From Octopus sinensis (Eukaryota): a stretch of 64,000 nt of DNA. Location of the stretch: NCBI RefSeq assembly GCF_006345805.1, contig NW_021832592.1:47061-111060 (forward strand), given 5' to 3'. The notes beneath the pieces are model-generated. The model worked only from the letters and a program-made list of their open reading frames with translations, was not told the origin of the DNA and did not search any database. Numbering within the stretch: position 1 is the stretch's first letter; every line of letters starts with the position of its first letter. Both the position numbers and the translations under genes were made by a program. Shown here piece after piece: positions 24,551 to 37,094 of this stretch.

Positions 24551-24986
24551 CTTTGAAGAGAAAAGGAAAAATATGTATATTAGATACAGAAGTAGTGTTT
24601 GCAAAAATTTGAATATAAACATTTACTTGATTACTAAAGGTTCCAGTGAAAATATTGGTAGTATAATTTTGTCAAAACTGTTCTCTGTGTTGCATCTTTA
24701 CTGACACGCTGAGAGAACTATTTCGCACAACTGATGTAATCCATCAATTTGTGCTTGTTTATATAAACTGTATTTAACGTGTTATTTTGTGAAGAGATTG
24801 GCGCAGGTGTGGTCGTGTGATAAGAAGCTTGCTTTCCAAACTCATGGTTCTGAATTCTGTTCCATTGCGTGGTACCTTGGGCAATTGTCTTCTACTATAG
24901 CTTCAGGCCTACCAAAGGCTTGTGAGTGGATTTGGTAGACAGAAAATAAAAGAAGCCTGTTGTATATATTTGTGTGCGTGTGTATG

Positions 24987-25039
<53 letters not shown>

Positions 25040-25042
<3 letters not shown>

Positions 25043-28000
25043 AAAAAAGCAACAAGAATGGATCAATATTTCGGTACGATTGTTTCGTACGAAGACATCT
25101 TTATTTAGGCTACAAAAATTGCAGTAAATATAAGTGGCCCGTACTCATCAGCCGAAAAAACATCTGAGATCTCCAAACATCAAAGGGGGTGATGTTACAC
25201 TCGTGAAACATCATGGAAAGTTCTATAAAAGTGAGATTTAGATAACAAATGGATTTCTAAAAGTTCTTTTAGTATTGCACAGTCATATATCAGGTTTTAA
25301 AGAATTTTTTAAAACCTCTTAGTTTTCCAGAAAGTGAAGATGAAAGTTTGATTCCTGGAGACATGATGAGAGGTATCGTACTCACAGAATATGTATTTAT
25401 CCATATATAGTTCATAGTAAAGTGTGATTCAAGCTGTGTGAAGATATTTTGGATACATTTGTGAGAGTTTCTTAAAACTGCTATGTTAGAATCCGAAAAA
25501 GTTGTAGGAGGGTCAGTGAAGCGTAGAGACAGTCATATAGTGGAGACGAACTGACTGATATAGAAATCTGCAAGAATCACAGAGCTTAAAGGAGGAATGT
25601 TAAATTTGACCACCTACTGTTGTTAATTGCTATATAAAGAGGAAATTGGAAGGTGAAAAGGGGGGGTGAAAGGTTGTTTCTATAGGAAAACATCTTAGCG
25701 TATTTAGTGCAATATTCGAACGGAGGTAATTTAATTTGTCCCTAGTAATAATAAATTGAACATTTAAAGGATCAAAAAGAAAATTAATATGTTCTTTAAA
25801 GATTTCAACCTTAGCATAACCTATGAACCAGGCACTAAAATAGTCAATTTTCTAGATATTACATTAGACCTTAACTCTAAGCTACATTGCCCATTTAGAA
25901 AAGAAGGTGAAATCACTAGTTACGTAAATAAATTATCAAATCATCCCCCAAATCTAATTAATCTTTGATTAGAAATATTTCCGTAAGAATATCCAAATAT
26001 CATCCAATTTTGATATATTTAACTCTCATTCGGAGCATTATAATGCGGTGTTATCTAGGGCAGGATACAACCAAAAAATTACCTTTATTGATAAAGAGAG
26101 CTTACAAATTCATAATAATAGAAGTAGCAATAACCACGTAAACAACACGTAGGGATCGCGCCGATAATAGACGTAGAAGTAGATTTAATGTGACATCTAA
26201 TCTAAATGCTAATAAGAACAAGGATAAGAACATAGACCAAAACATAGGTAACTCTGATAAGATAATTTTAGATAAAACTAAGAAGCATACAATTAGTAAC
26301 ATTGATGAAAAGAACTTACATATCCCTAATAAAAAAAAAGTAACAATTGCCACGTAAACAACAATAGAGATTACGCCAGAAATAATAGTAGAAGTAGATT
26401 TACGATGACAAAATATCCTAATGAAAATAAGAATAATAATAAGAACATTGAACAGAGAACAGGTAATACGGATAAGATAAACTTTGATAAAACTAAGAAA
26501 CATGCAAATAAGAACATTAATAAATACAACGACTCTGGTGAGAGTAGGAACGATTCAAATAACCCCAATTCTAATTCTAGGAAATTTAATAAGAAGGACA
26601 TAATGTGGCTGAATAGCCCTTTCAACTGTGCGGTTTTATCAGATATTCAGAGTAGATTCAAAATAATTCTAGAAAGAACTTCCCATCCTCTCATAGATAT
26701 CATAAAATTATTTCTAAAATAACTGTCAGAATTTCTTATTCAACCCTCCCAAATATGTCCACTTTAATAACCAAGATCAATAATAATAAAATTAAACTAG
26801 CCAGGAAAAATTTTAATAATAGCAATAAAAATACAAATAGAAATTGTAGTAACATTACTGAAATTAATAATAGCCACAATAATAATAATGAATATCATAA
26901 CATAAGTATAACCAATAGCTATAGAATTGCTAGTAATAATAATAACACAAATAGGAACAATTATGTTAATAATACGAATAATACCAAGAGTGAAAATACC
27001 GAGAATGAAGGCAACAATGATATCTAAAATAACACTATACATTTAGAAACTAATACTGGCAACAATAGTAACAACATCAACAATATTAGTAATGATGGTA
27101 GGGTTATAGAATCAAATGATAGTGTAGGAATACCGATAAATGATAATACTACTTTAGATAATAACATCAACTACAATAACGATAACTCTATTTAAGATAG
27201 CAGCAGTAACCAAAATAACGAAAAATATACTCATAATGTTTTGAGTAACAGTAATATGAGACTTCTATCCTCGAGTAATTCCACATCGAATTATAATCCC
27301 CCTAGGTGTAACTGTAGAATTAGATCAAAATGCCCGGCGCCTGGTCTATGCGGGTTAAATAACGTAATCTACAAATGCACCACAGATAATAACAAATTTA
27401 CCTATTTAGGATGTACTATAAATTTTGAAAAACGCCTTAGTAACCATCTCTCTTCTTTCAAATTACGTCATAAAGCTGATAGCACCACTCTTTCAAGTAA
27501 AATCTGGGAACTAAAAAACAATAATATTAAGTATAACCTTAATTGGGAACTAGTTAGAAGAGCGATACCTTATAAAAATAGCAGAGTTGGTTGTCAACTT
27601 TGCTCCATGGAAACATTTGAAATACTAATGAATAGAAAAAATGATATTTTATTGAATACCGGATAGAATTGGGTCCTTCTTGTATCCACGCTAGGATTAA
27701 GATTCTTAAATATTTTAAATGATAACAGTATATAAAAATCACTTTGAATAAAGCAATACTCTTACATATATATATTATATATTTAATTAGAAAGCTACGA
27801 TCTCATTAGCTATGGTTATATTCTCTCTCTAACTGTACTAGGTGATACTTATAGATATAAATTAGTTGATTAGAAACTCTCATTCTATTAGACTATGTAG
27901 ATAATTTAAATTATTCTTTCTAATTTTTAGTCTAGTTTAAGTAAACCTAATTATAGAAAATTGGTTAATTAGACTTCTTAGGTCTTTTCTATACTACTAA

Positions 28001-28990
28001 TAAATGTTGCTAATCCCAGATCTATAATATAACGGTTTTTCATTATGAAAAATAACTCTATTTCCTTTCTTCTGACCTCTTATTGTATTCCCATAACCTG
28101 GCAATGTATTAATAGTAACATTAATAAATAAAGAAATAAATTAAATGATCTCCGTTCGAATATTGCACTAAATACGCTAAGATGTTATCCCATAGAAACA
28201 ACCTTTGACCCCCCCCCTTTTTCACCTTCCAATTTCCTCTTTATATAGCAATTAACAACAGTAGGTGGTCAAATTTAACATTCCTCCTTTAAGCTCTGTG
28301 ATTCTTGCAGATTTCTATATCAGTCAGTTCGTCTCCACTATATGACTGTCTCTACGCTTCACTGACCCTCCTACAACTTTTTCGGATTCTAACATAGCAG
28401 TTTTGAGAAACTCTCACAAATGTATCCAAAATATCTTCACACAGCTTGAATCACACTTTACTATGAACTATATATGGATAAATACATATTCTGTGAGTAC
28501 GATACATCTCATCATATCTCCAGGAATCAAACTTTCTCCAATATGGATGGATTTACATCTTCACTTTCATCTTCACTTTCTGGAAAACTAAGAGGTTTTA
28601 AAAAATTCTTTAAAACCTGATATATGACTGTGCAATACTAAAAGAACTTTTAGAAGTCCATTTGTTATCTAAATCTCACTTTTATAGAACTTTCCATGAT
28701 GTTTCACGAGTGTAACATCACTCCCTTTGATGTTTGGAGATCTCAGATGTTTTTTCGGCTGATGAGTACGGGTCACTTATATTTACTGTAATTTTTGTAG
28801 CCTAAATAAAGATGGCTTCGTACGAAACAATTGTACCGAAATATTGATCCATTCTTGTTGCTTTTTTCCTATTTATAATCACCCTGCATTGTCGTATGGT
28901 TAACACCATATAGATTTCTGGTGCATCCAAGTTAAGTACCATATTCATGTGAATTCAACAGAACTCACTTGAATCTTAATTGCTTGTACC
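25040..28990 (+). mobile_element. Penelope-like element, 5'-truncated, with inverted pLTR; RT thumb + GIY-YIG pseudo-ORF
   Basis: IVNFLDITLDL..PFRK..YVNKLSNHPP; IMWLNSPFN; CNCRIRSKCPAPGLC, VIYKC..YLGCT..FEKRLSNH, CQLC..E; 25040-25737 is the reverse complement of ~28139-28871; (TA)n on both sides. Confidence 0.92.
28753..28841 (+). ncRNA. Hammerhead ribozyme in PLE pLTR (inverted copy 25069-25157, minus)
   Basis: TTTCGG-CTGATGA-GTACG...CGTAC-GAAACAATTGTA-CCGAAA; palindromic stem III as described for PLE HHRs. Confidence 0.92.
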
Positions 28991-29041
28991 GTATATATAC
29001 ATACATATATATACATATATATATATATATACTTATATATA

Positions 29042-29102
<61 letters not shown>

Positions 29103-29108
29103 ATATAT

Positions 29109-29161
<53 letters not shown>

Positions 29162-29211
29162 ATATATATATATATAGATAAGAAAGTTGGTTTGTGAAAG
29201 CACGTGGTTGA

Positions 29212-29471
29212 GTATATAGAAAATAGTAAAAAGTGAAAAAACTACCTCCCCTTATTTAGAACTCTTTTAAACATAAACATAACGATAACTCTATTCAACA
29301 TAAACATAACGTCGTAAGAAATTTGAAAAGCTAAACACGAAACCGGGCTTTCTTCTAAACTATGTCATTGTAAGGAAAAAAAAAATTTTTAATATTCTTC
29401 AGACATATTGACGCAAATATATATATTTTTTAACTTTTAAGCCTTCTGTAGTTTTTTCACTTTTTACTATT

Positions 29472-29480
<9 letters not shown>
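29212..29480 (+). mobile_element. Short cassette with 33-bp inverted ends and decayed HHR
   Basis: TATATAGAAAATAGTAAAAAGTGAAAAAACTAC inverted at 29448-29480; AAGAAA-TTTGAAAA...GAAACCGGGC-TTTCTT at 29316-29354. Confidence 0.55.
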
Positions 29481-29520
<40 letters not shown>

Positions 29521-30170
29521 CATATGTGTGTGTGTTTCTCCCCTCCACCACCACTGCTTGAGAACCGTTGTTGGTGTGTTTACATCTCTGTAATTTAGCG
29601 GTTGGGCAAAGGGGAATGATAAAATAAATACTAGACTTTAAAAATAAGTTCTGTGGCCAATTTGTTCGACTAAACCCCTTTAAAGCAATGCTCCAGTATG
29701 GCTTCCATCAAATATGCCTGAAACTAGTAAAAGAATAAAAGAATAAAATGTTCTGAGTCAAATTCTACCATTTTCTGATACACAAAACGTGATTGATTTT
29801 TAGTTGAATTTGTGAAATGTCAGCGCTATCAGGAAAACGCTGCAATTACAAAAGGGGGAATCATCAAAAGTGTCATAATCCTTATTAAAAACATCTGCAA
29901 CACTTAAAGACTGAAAATCATTCTGTAACTTATGGTTCTGTATGGAAGTGTAATAGACGGATACATTTACTTTGGACAATCAACATATAGACGGTGGAGT
30001 GAACCTCAGTTAAAATCCTTGCTGCTTGCAGTATAAGCAATTGACTTAATCCATGGCTGAGAAAAGAAACATGTATATAAACTCAAGTATATAAAACCCC
30101 TTTGAGCATTGATCAATGCGGCTGAATAACACCGGCATAAGTCGTGATGGGTTATGTGATAGTCGGAGGA

Positions 30171-30216
<46 letters not shown>

Positions 30217-30391
30217 AAATTAAAAGAAGCAGAGTAAAGGAAAGACAGAGTGGCACAAAAATATTTCAAGAATATTTCTACAGATGGGTTAAACATAAAT
30301 GAGTGCGATTATCAGGATTAAATAAAAAGACAACAAACGGAAAATATGACATACCTATATATAATTACATACACACACATATGTATAGAAA

Positions 30392-30430
<39 letters not shown>

Positions 30431-30612
30431 TATATATATTATATATAATATATATATATATATATATATTTATATCACTGGTCCTACATAGTTATAATTG
30501 AAGATGCCACACAGTGGCTCTGTACCTGAAATCACGTGGTTGTGAAACGAACTTTTTAACATCACAGCCATGTCTGGTCCTATAAGTAAGGTAACATTTA
30601 GTAAATTTGGCC

Positions 30613-30630
30613 ATCTATCTATCTATCTAC

Positions 30631-30682
<52 letters not shown>

Positions 30683-31445
30683 ATATATATATTATATATA
30701 TATATATAATCTTCTCTCTTCGCTCTTATACGCCATTTGGTCTCAACTCTCCCCCCCTCCTCATCTAACCCCCCTCTCCTCCCTCCTCACCTATCCTTTC
30801 TCCCCCCGACCTACTTCTTCAGTCCTTCATCCTTTCACCCCCACTCCCCTTCCCTTCTTCCCTCTTTCTCCCTCCCTCTCCCCTTCCCTCTGCTCCCTCA
30901 CTCCCTCTCTCCCCTTCTCTCTCCCCTTCTCTCTCCCCCTCTCCCCTTTTCCTCCTTCATCCCCCTCCTCCCCTTCCTCTCCCCCATCCTCTCCTTTCCC
31001 CCTTCTCCTCCCCTCTCCCCCTCCCCTTCCCCCCCTTCTCCCCCTCCCCCTCTTCTCCTCACTACACCACATGACTTTACACATCACATCACATATGATG
31101 TGCCATACTAATACACACACCAACTAATACATACTAATACGTACTAATACATACTAGTACATACTAATACTTACACCAACCCTATACATACACACGTCCA
31201 GACCCCGCATACGCACTTATACTCTCTCTCACACACACACACACACCTATACATACCAATACGTACTAATACATACTAATACATACTAATACATACACCA
31301 ACCCCATACATACGCACGTCCAGACCAATCCTACGCACTAATACTCTCTCATACACACACACACACACACACACACACCCTTATACATACTAATACATAC
31401 ACCAACCCTATACATACACACATCCAGACCCCTCCCACGCACTTT
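30613..31445. repeat. (TCTA)n, C/T-rich low-complexity tract and ~120-bp degenerate tandem units
   Basis: Directly visible; CCAACCC(T/C)ATACATAC..TCCAGACC occurs three times. Confidence 0.85.
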
Positions 31446-31499
31446 TAGCTGGTCCCTCAACCCTTTTATCAACCCTATTATCTCCCCTTATTTCGCTCT

Positions 31500-31746
31500 C
31501 GCGTCTCATGTTTGATCTTTGACCTCTGGCCGAAATCAGATCGCCATGTTGATTCGTTAGCTACTGCACGCATTTTTTTCTCTCCTTCTTTCTGTGTTTC
31601 TCTCTCTGTGTATCTTTCTGTTGAAGAGCGTAGGCTCGAAACGTTAAAGACTTGTTTTATTTATATTTCCTGAGCGCCATACTATACAATTGTTCGTTTG
31701 TTTTCCACCTGCCTTCGTCTTTTGTTTATTTTCATAAAGCTTCCCG

Positions 31747-31750
<4 letters not shown>
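31500..31750 (+). mobile_element. PLE terminal-repeat fragment with minimal hammerhead-like motif
   Basis: TCTTT ctg TTGAAGA GC gtag GC tc GAAACGTT AAAGA at 31613-31650; ends in (TA)n. Confidence 0.65.
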
Positions 31751-31786
<36 letters not shown>

Positions 31787-31824
31787 GTCTGTCGTCGGTC
31801 TGTCTGTCTGTCTGTCTGTCTGTC

Positions 31825-31906
<82 letters not shown>

Positions 31907-32048
31907 TAGATTCATATAAGTATGTGTGTAGGTTTTATGTATGTATGCATGTACGTTTATCAGTCAGGAAGTCCACTTGACATTCAGTCAGTTTTCATAA
32001 AATTTACTTGTCTGTGTTTTTTTTCTCCTGAGGGTGGGGCGAACAAAC

Positions 32049-32662
32049 TTTTATTAACCATAAATTTTTATAGGAAGAAAAGAAAAGGAAGAAAAAGATT
32101 AAATTGTGGAGAAAGATCCCAGAGTTACTTCAACAAGGAAATAAAAAAAGAAGAAAGGTGGGTGGAGCGAATTCAGTCACAAATGATTGAGGATGTGGTG
32201 AAAGTAACAGATTGTACAGCCCAGTTCAAATGGTATGTTCAGTCGCACCTTGCAGACACAATTGCAAAGGCGTTGTTGGGAAGAACGGCCTGCGACACTT
32301 GCTGCAACACAACAACCACCCCTCCACGCAGGTCTTATTTCTCAGAAGAGCTGCTATTATCCCTATTTTACGGAGGAAATCAGCAGTGTAGGGTTCAAGA
32401 ACACCTACGTACTCAATGGCGACTAGTACAAACACAGTCAGGCCCCTTATATATCTTCTCTCCTCTGTGGTTAAGGGTGTCGGTAGCTGGGTTGACACCG
32501 ATGCAGCAAGGTTGGAGACGGAAAATGTGTAGCAGTGTATTGCGGATAAGAATAAGGATCTGCCTCCCTCGTATGGAAGAGGGTCACTATGTCGAGGCAC
32601 TCACCATCCCAGTGATCAAGACCTACTGGCTCTCGTTGTGACGGGAAGCCGATTGCATCGAA
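32049..32662 (-). mobile_element. 3' end of an L1/Tx1-like LINE
   Basis: Resembles the end of the Tx1 ORF2 at 37200-37750 (AIEYV...KxxVWxxR..GL pattern), T-rich 3'UTR and AATAAA. Confidence 0.6.
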
Positions 32663-32943
32663 GTCCCTTCTGATGATTATTGCTCAGAGTGCTGTTTCAG
32701 GGATCAGACCTGTGTTATGATTGCTGTGTTCATCTTTAAAAATTTGTATCGTTAAAACACATATCTAGTTATGGTTTAAGTTATTGTGCCTCGTGCAATT
32801 ATATTAGACAGAGATCAATTCGATTACAAAAATAGTATTATACCTCACGTAGCAAACTAGCTTCACACAGAACTATTCGTTTTAACAACTTAAGTGAAGT
32901 AATAATATACGTAGTTGTCATAAAATATAAAAAAGTGCGTTAC

Positions 32944-33146
32944 CTTGGTCTTGGTTTAGTATCAAGAAAATGTAGATTAATTTCTGTACCATTTTCGAAA
33001 GTACATGAACAGCTATCATTTTTTAGACATTTTCCACCTGCTGATATTGATTTTGTTCTTAAATTATGTCCATTGCTATAGCACGATACTTGTAGGATAC
33101 CATGTAAAATATACAGTATAATTAAGCAGATCGAATAGTGAGACAT
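32944..33146 (-). CDS. Exon 1 of 7-exon MRH/ATG27-like type I membrane protein (signal peptide + start of Cys-rich ectodomain)
   Basis: ATG at 33146; MSHYSICLIILYILHGILQVSC...CLKNDSCSCTFENGTEINLHFLDTKPRP; donor AG|GTAACG, phase 2, joins exon 2 in frame (PR|F). Confidence 0.85.
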
Positions 33147-33623
33147 CGTTTTGTTCTCCAGCAACAATTTCGTAGATAAAATAGTAAGAAAGAGATTTCA
33201 AATCTTATGTACTTCAGGGCAACTTAATGCTTGTTGTTTGTTATTATGGAAAATATGAGTAAGGTAGTGACATGAAATAGATAAAAGAAAATGTTGTCAT
33301 TACTAACAGTATTTAGTGAAAAGTAAAATGTACCTAACCTACTTCCTTACTTAGCTAACATTTTAAGTCACGCTCGAGTGAATTGTAACTTGTATGTAAT
33401 TTGAAAGCAGTCGTATCTATAATATAGAAAATCGGAAAACCCAGACCTCTCTTATACACATATTAGCTTATCAACATTAAGTGTATTTCGTAAGCGGCCA
33501 TACACATATTTTTAGCTGGTGTATGAATAGTTTGCATAAAAATGATCTTTGCCACGTATCTACATATCCAACAATGTAACTCTCTTTGTCATTCTTTCTT
33601 TCTTTCTTTCTTTCTTTATTTTT

Positions 33624-33659
<36 letters not shown>

Positions 33660-34996
33660 TCATTCTCTCTCTCTCTCTCTGCTGTATCTTTCACTCTCTC
33701 AATATGTATGTCTATATACTTACACACATATATGTGCGTGTGTGTGTGTGTATATATAGAGAGATAGAGAGAGAGAGAGAGAGGGAGGGAGGGGGAGAGA
33801 AGGATTGTAAATACATTATGGCTGTTGCAAGTGGCTCCATTTAATTGATGAATGAAAACGCTATATCAATTTGAAAGAAATATTCTCTTCAGATGCAGAT
33901 GACCATATAGATTTCAAACATAAAGGATAAACCATTTTCAACAAATTTACATCAATAACAGAAACTAAAATAATTACGTTGTTTCCTTGTGTTATATCTG
34001 TAGCAGAATGAGTTGAGAAAATAATTCATATCTTATTAAGCCTGCCTCTAATTTAGAGAGTAGCAGAGGAAAAATAGTGGGGGTCAAGATAAAAGAATGG
34101 TAATGTAGTTATTTATATTTAGATGTAGTCTTCAACTATTTTTGAATTAAATCCATTGGGAGTTGTTAACTTTATTCTAGTTGATGGTGATAAATCAATT
34201 AATGTCAGACAATCTTCTAGACCCTCATTGTACTGGAACCATATATCTAGCTTTATCTACATAAAGGGACATGTTGCAGAGTTGCTAGTAAGGGAATGAC
34301 TGATGGGGAAGAGATGGTAACTAAAAGAAGGAAGGATAGGGGTGGTCGTTAATTACTTAGTTTATCAAATAAAGGGGAATATAATGAAAAACAAAAGAGA
34401 TAAGTAATAAGAGATAAGAGATAAGTTTTAAGGGTGGAAATTAGAATTGAGGGATACAGGAGGTAGTGATTCATAACTTAGCAAATTATCATATTAAATT
34501 GAGAAAATTTAAATCACTATAGAGAAGAGTGATAGAAATTAAACTTAAAACCTAATAATGGAATTCTTTAATACACAAGAAAAACTATTAAGACATTTTC
34601 TAAGCATACTATTAAGATGGTCAGGATAAAACCATTCTACTATGAATGTATAACTAAAATAAATTTTCATGTGAGTAGGATTACATAGTATATATCAAAG
34701 CAATAACAAGGACTATTTTCTTTATTACAAGTGGATAAGTATAAGATATTGAAAATATGGAATCGAATATAAGAGGTAATTGAATTAGAGGTATACTAAA
34801 TGTATAAGGGAGTACAAGTGGAAGCAATAGCTAAACCGATCTGGGCATGTAAACATTTAATGAGTATTGCATACTTAAAAAATATACTAAAATAAAGATG
34901 TCCATACGCAGTGACTTTATTTTTAAAAAAACCTTGTAAAAAATTATTTATAAATTATAAACACAAGGAAAAAATTATAAAAGGATATATGAATTA

Positions 34997-36040
34997 TCAT
35001 CATCATCATCATCATCATCGTCGTCGTTTAATGTCCGCTTTCCATGCTGGCATGGGTTGGACAGTTTGACTGAGGGCTGGCAAGTCAGAAGACTGCACTT
35101 GGCTCCAATCTGATTTGGGAGAGTTTCTATAGCTGGATGCTCCTCCTAACGCCAACGACTCCGAGAGTGTAGTGGTGCTTTTTACGTGCCACCGGCACGA
35201 GGCAACGACCACGCTCGAATGGTGCTTTTTACGTTCCACCGGTACGGAAGCGAATCAGGCGGCACTAGCAACGATCACGCTCGAATGGTGCTTTTTACGT
35301 GTCACCGGCAAGGGTGCCAATCAGGCGGTACTGTCATCGTTCATAAGAATGACTTTACTTGACTCAACAGGTCTTCGCAAGCGCAGTTTTTTTGCCCAAT
35401 GATGGAAGGGTACTCTTAGATGGGCCGGTTATGCTGCACTGGAATAGGCCACGGTTACGGTCTCACTTGCCGGATCTTCTCGAGCACAGCATATCCCCAA
35501 AGGTCTCGGTCACTTGTCAACGCCCTCGTGAGGCCCAACGTTCGAAGGTCGTGCTTCACCACCTCCTCCCAGGTTTTCCTGGGTCTGTCACTTTCACAGG
35601 TTCCCTCTACTGCTAGGGTGTGACACTTTTTACACAGCTGTTCTCATCCATAAGCAACACACGACCATACCAACACAATCGTCTCTCTTGCACACCACAT
35701 CTGATGCGTCTTATGTCCAACTTTTCTCTCAGAGTGCTTACACTATGTCATGTAATGTACACTGGCATTACACATCCAGCAGAGCATACTAGCTTTATTT
35801 CTTGCAAGCTTACGCATGTCTTCAGCAGTCACGGCCCATGTTTCACTGCCATGTAGCATGGCTGTTCGCACACATGCATCATACAGTCTACCGTTTACTC
35901 TGAGCGAGAGGCCCTTTGTCACAAGCAGAGGTGGAAGCTCTCTAAACTTTGCCCAGGCTATTCTTATTTTAGCAGCTACACTCTCAGAGCATCCATCCCC
36001 GCTACTGACTTGGTCACCTAGGTAACGGAAGCTATCAACT
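34997..36040 (-). mobile_element. RTE-clade LINE 3' end
   Basis: VDSFRYLGDQVSSGDGCSESVAAKIRIAWAKFREL...MLHGSETW; 3'UTR with ~70-bp repeats; (GAT)n tail. Confidence 0.9.
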
Positions 36041-36655
36041 GGTGTCTCTGCTTCTAATTTTGATGTCTGCTTAAGGAGCTGCCTCAGCTGTCGTTGAGGG
36101 TGCAGTATCTTTTCCAGAAGGTGGAGGAGCCGAATCTTTCTCGGATGGTGGGGAAGCCTGCACTCTGCTCTTATGTGGCCCTTTTGACCACATTTGTAGC
36201 ATGTGGGCTTCCACCCCTCGACTATCACCCGAAGCCTGGTCTCATCTCCCACTTGTATAGTCTACACAATTTGCTCTAAGTCAGCAGGGGCAGCTTGTAT
36301 CAATATCTCTAGCCCTTGTCCTAGCCAGTTTTGTTGCTCTATTTTGGTTGCCTGGAGGATGGAAATTTTATCCTCCAGGCCCATCACAAGTGCCGCCACC
36401 AACCAGGCAACATCCACCTTTGGAGGGATTTCTCTTACTCTTATCCTGGAAGTGCGTCGTCCAAGGTATGTGAGTAGGAGGACCACCTCTGCAGATTTCA
36501 GGGAGGCCGTGGAATGTTGCCCGGCCTTTTCTTCAGTTTTGAACCTCACCTTGATAGTTGCACATCTCTTGCACCTGGGCAAGTAGGTGACATATTGCCA
36601 TGCCGGCTTCAGGCGTATCTCCACAGCGTCTTTCGACGCCATATCCAATTTCTTG
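36041..36655 (-). mobile_element. Tx1 ORF1 (gag-like) fragment
   Basis: LLTYLGRRTSRIRV..LEDKISILQATKIE..VEGWKPTCYKCGQKGHIRAEC (CCHC knuckle); paralogous to 41030-41900. Confidence 0.85.
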
Positions 36656-37094
36656 CTATTAACAATAAACGATTTATATGCAATAGTATAACGGACGCGT
36701 TGTGCATCACTTCACTGGGAGGAGCCACTTTCACTTCGTGCCATTCTCTTTGAATCAGTCCTTTATACTTGATGAGTTTGTTTACATCAGCTGCCCCTGC
36801 AAAATTTGTAACTTTGTTATTTCTTGGTTCGATTCTTCTTCAATAGGCATGATCAAAATTGGTTCAGAAGAAGTACTCATTTTTCAACTAATAATTTTGG
36901 GTATAAACACGCCATAAAAACAATGATAATTTCCCCCTTCACACAAGGAGGAGAAAGGTTCACAATTCTGTCAAACACAGTAAAATCAAGTGTTTTTTTT
37001 AAATACATGACAAATGGAAAAACAGCAAATTCAACAGTTAAAATACCAATTAATATAACCAGCAACTTGTAATACGTCAAACTCAGCATTCAAA

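Noticed and set aside
24630-24710. AG...GT-bounded candidate extra exons (also 29970-30056, 32665-32733, 61413-61536)
   Set aside because: Stops in the needed frame; the gene model is complete without them.
30570-31127. Pro/Ser/Leu-rich ORF
   Set aside because: C/T low-complexity tract.
31922-32641. 239-aa plus-strand ORF
   Set aside because: Antisense to a Tx1 3' fragment and starts in a microsatellite.
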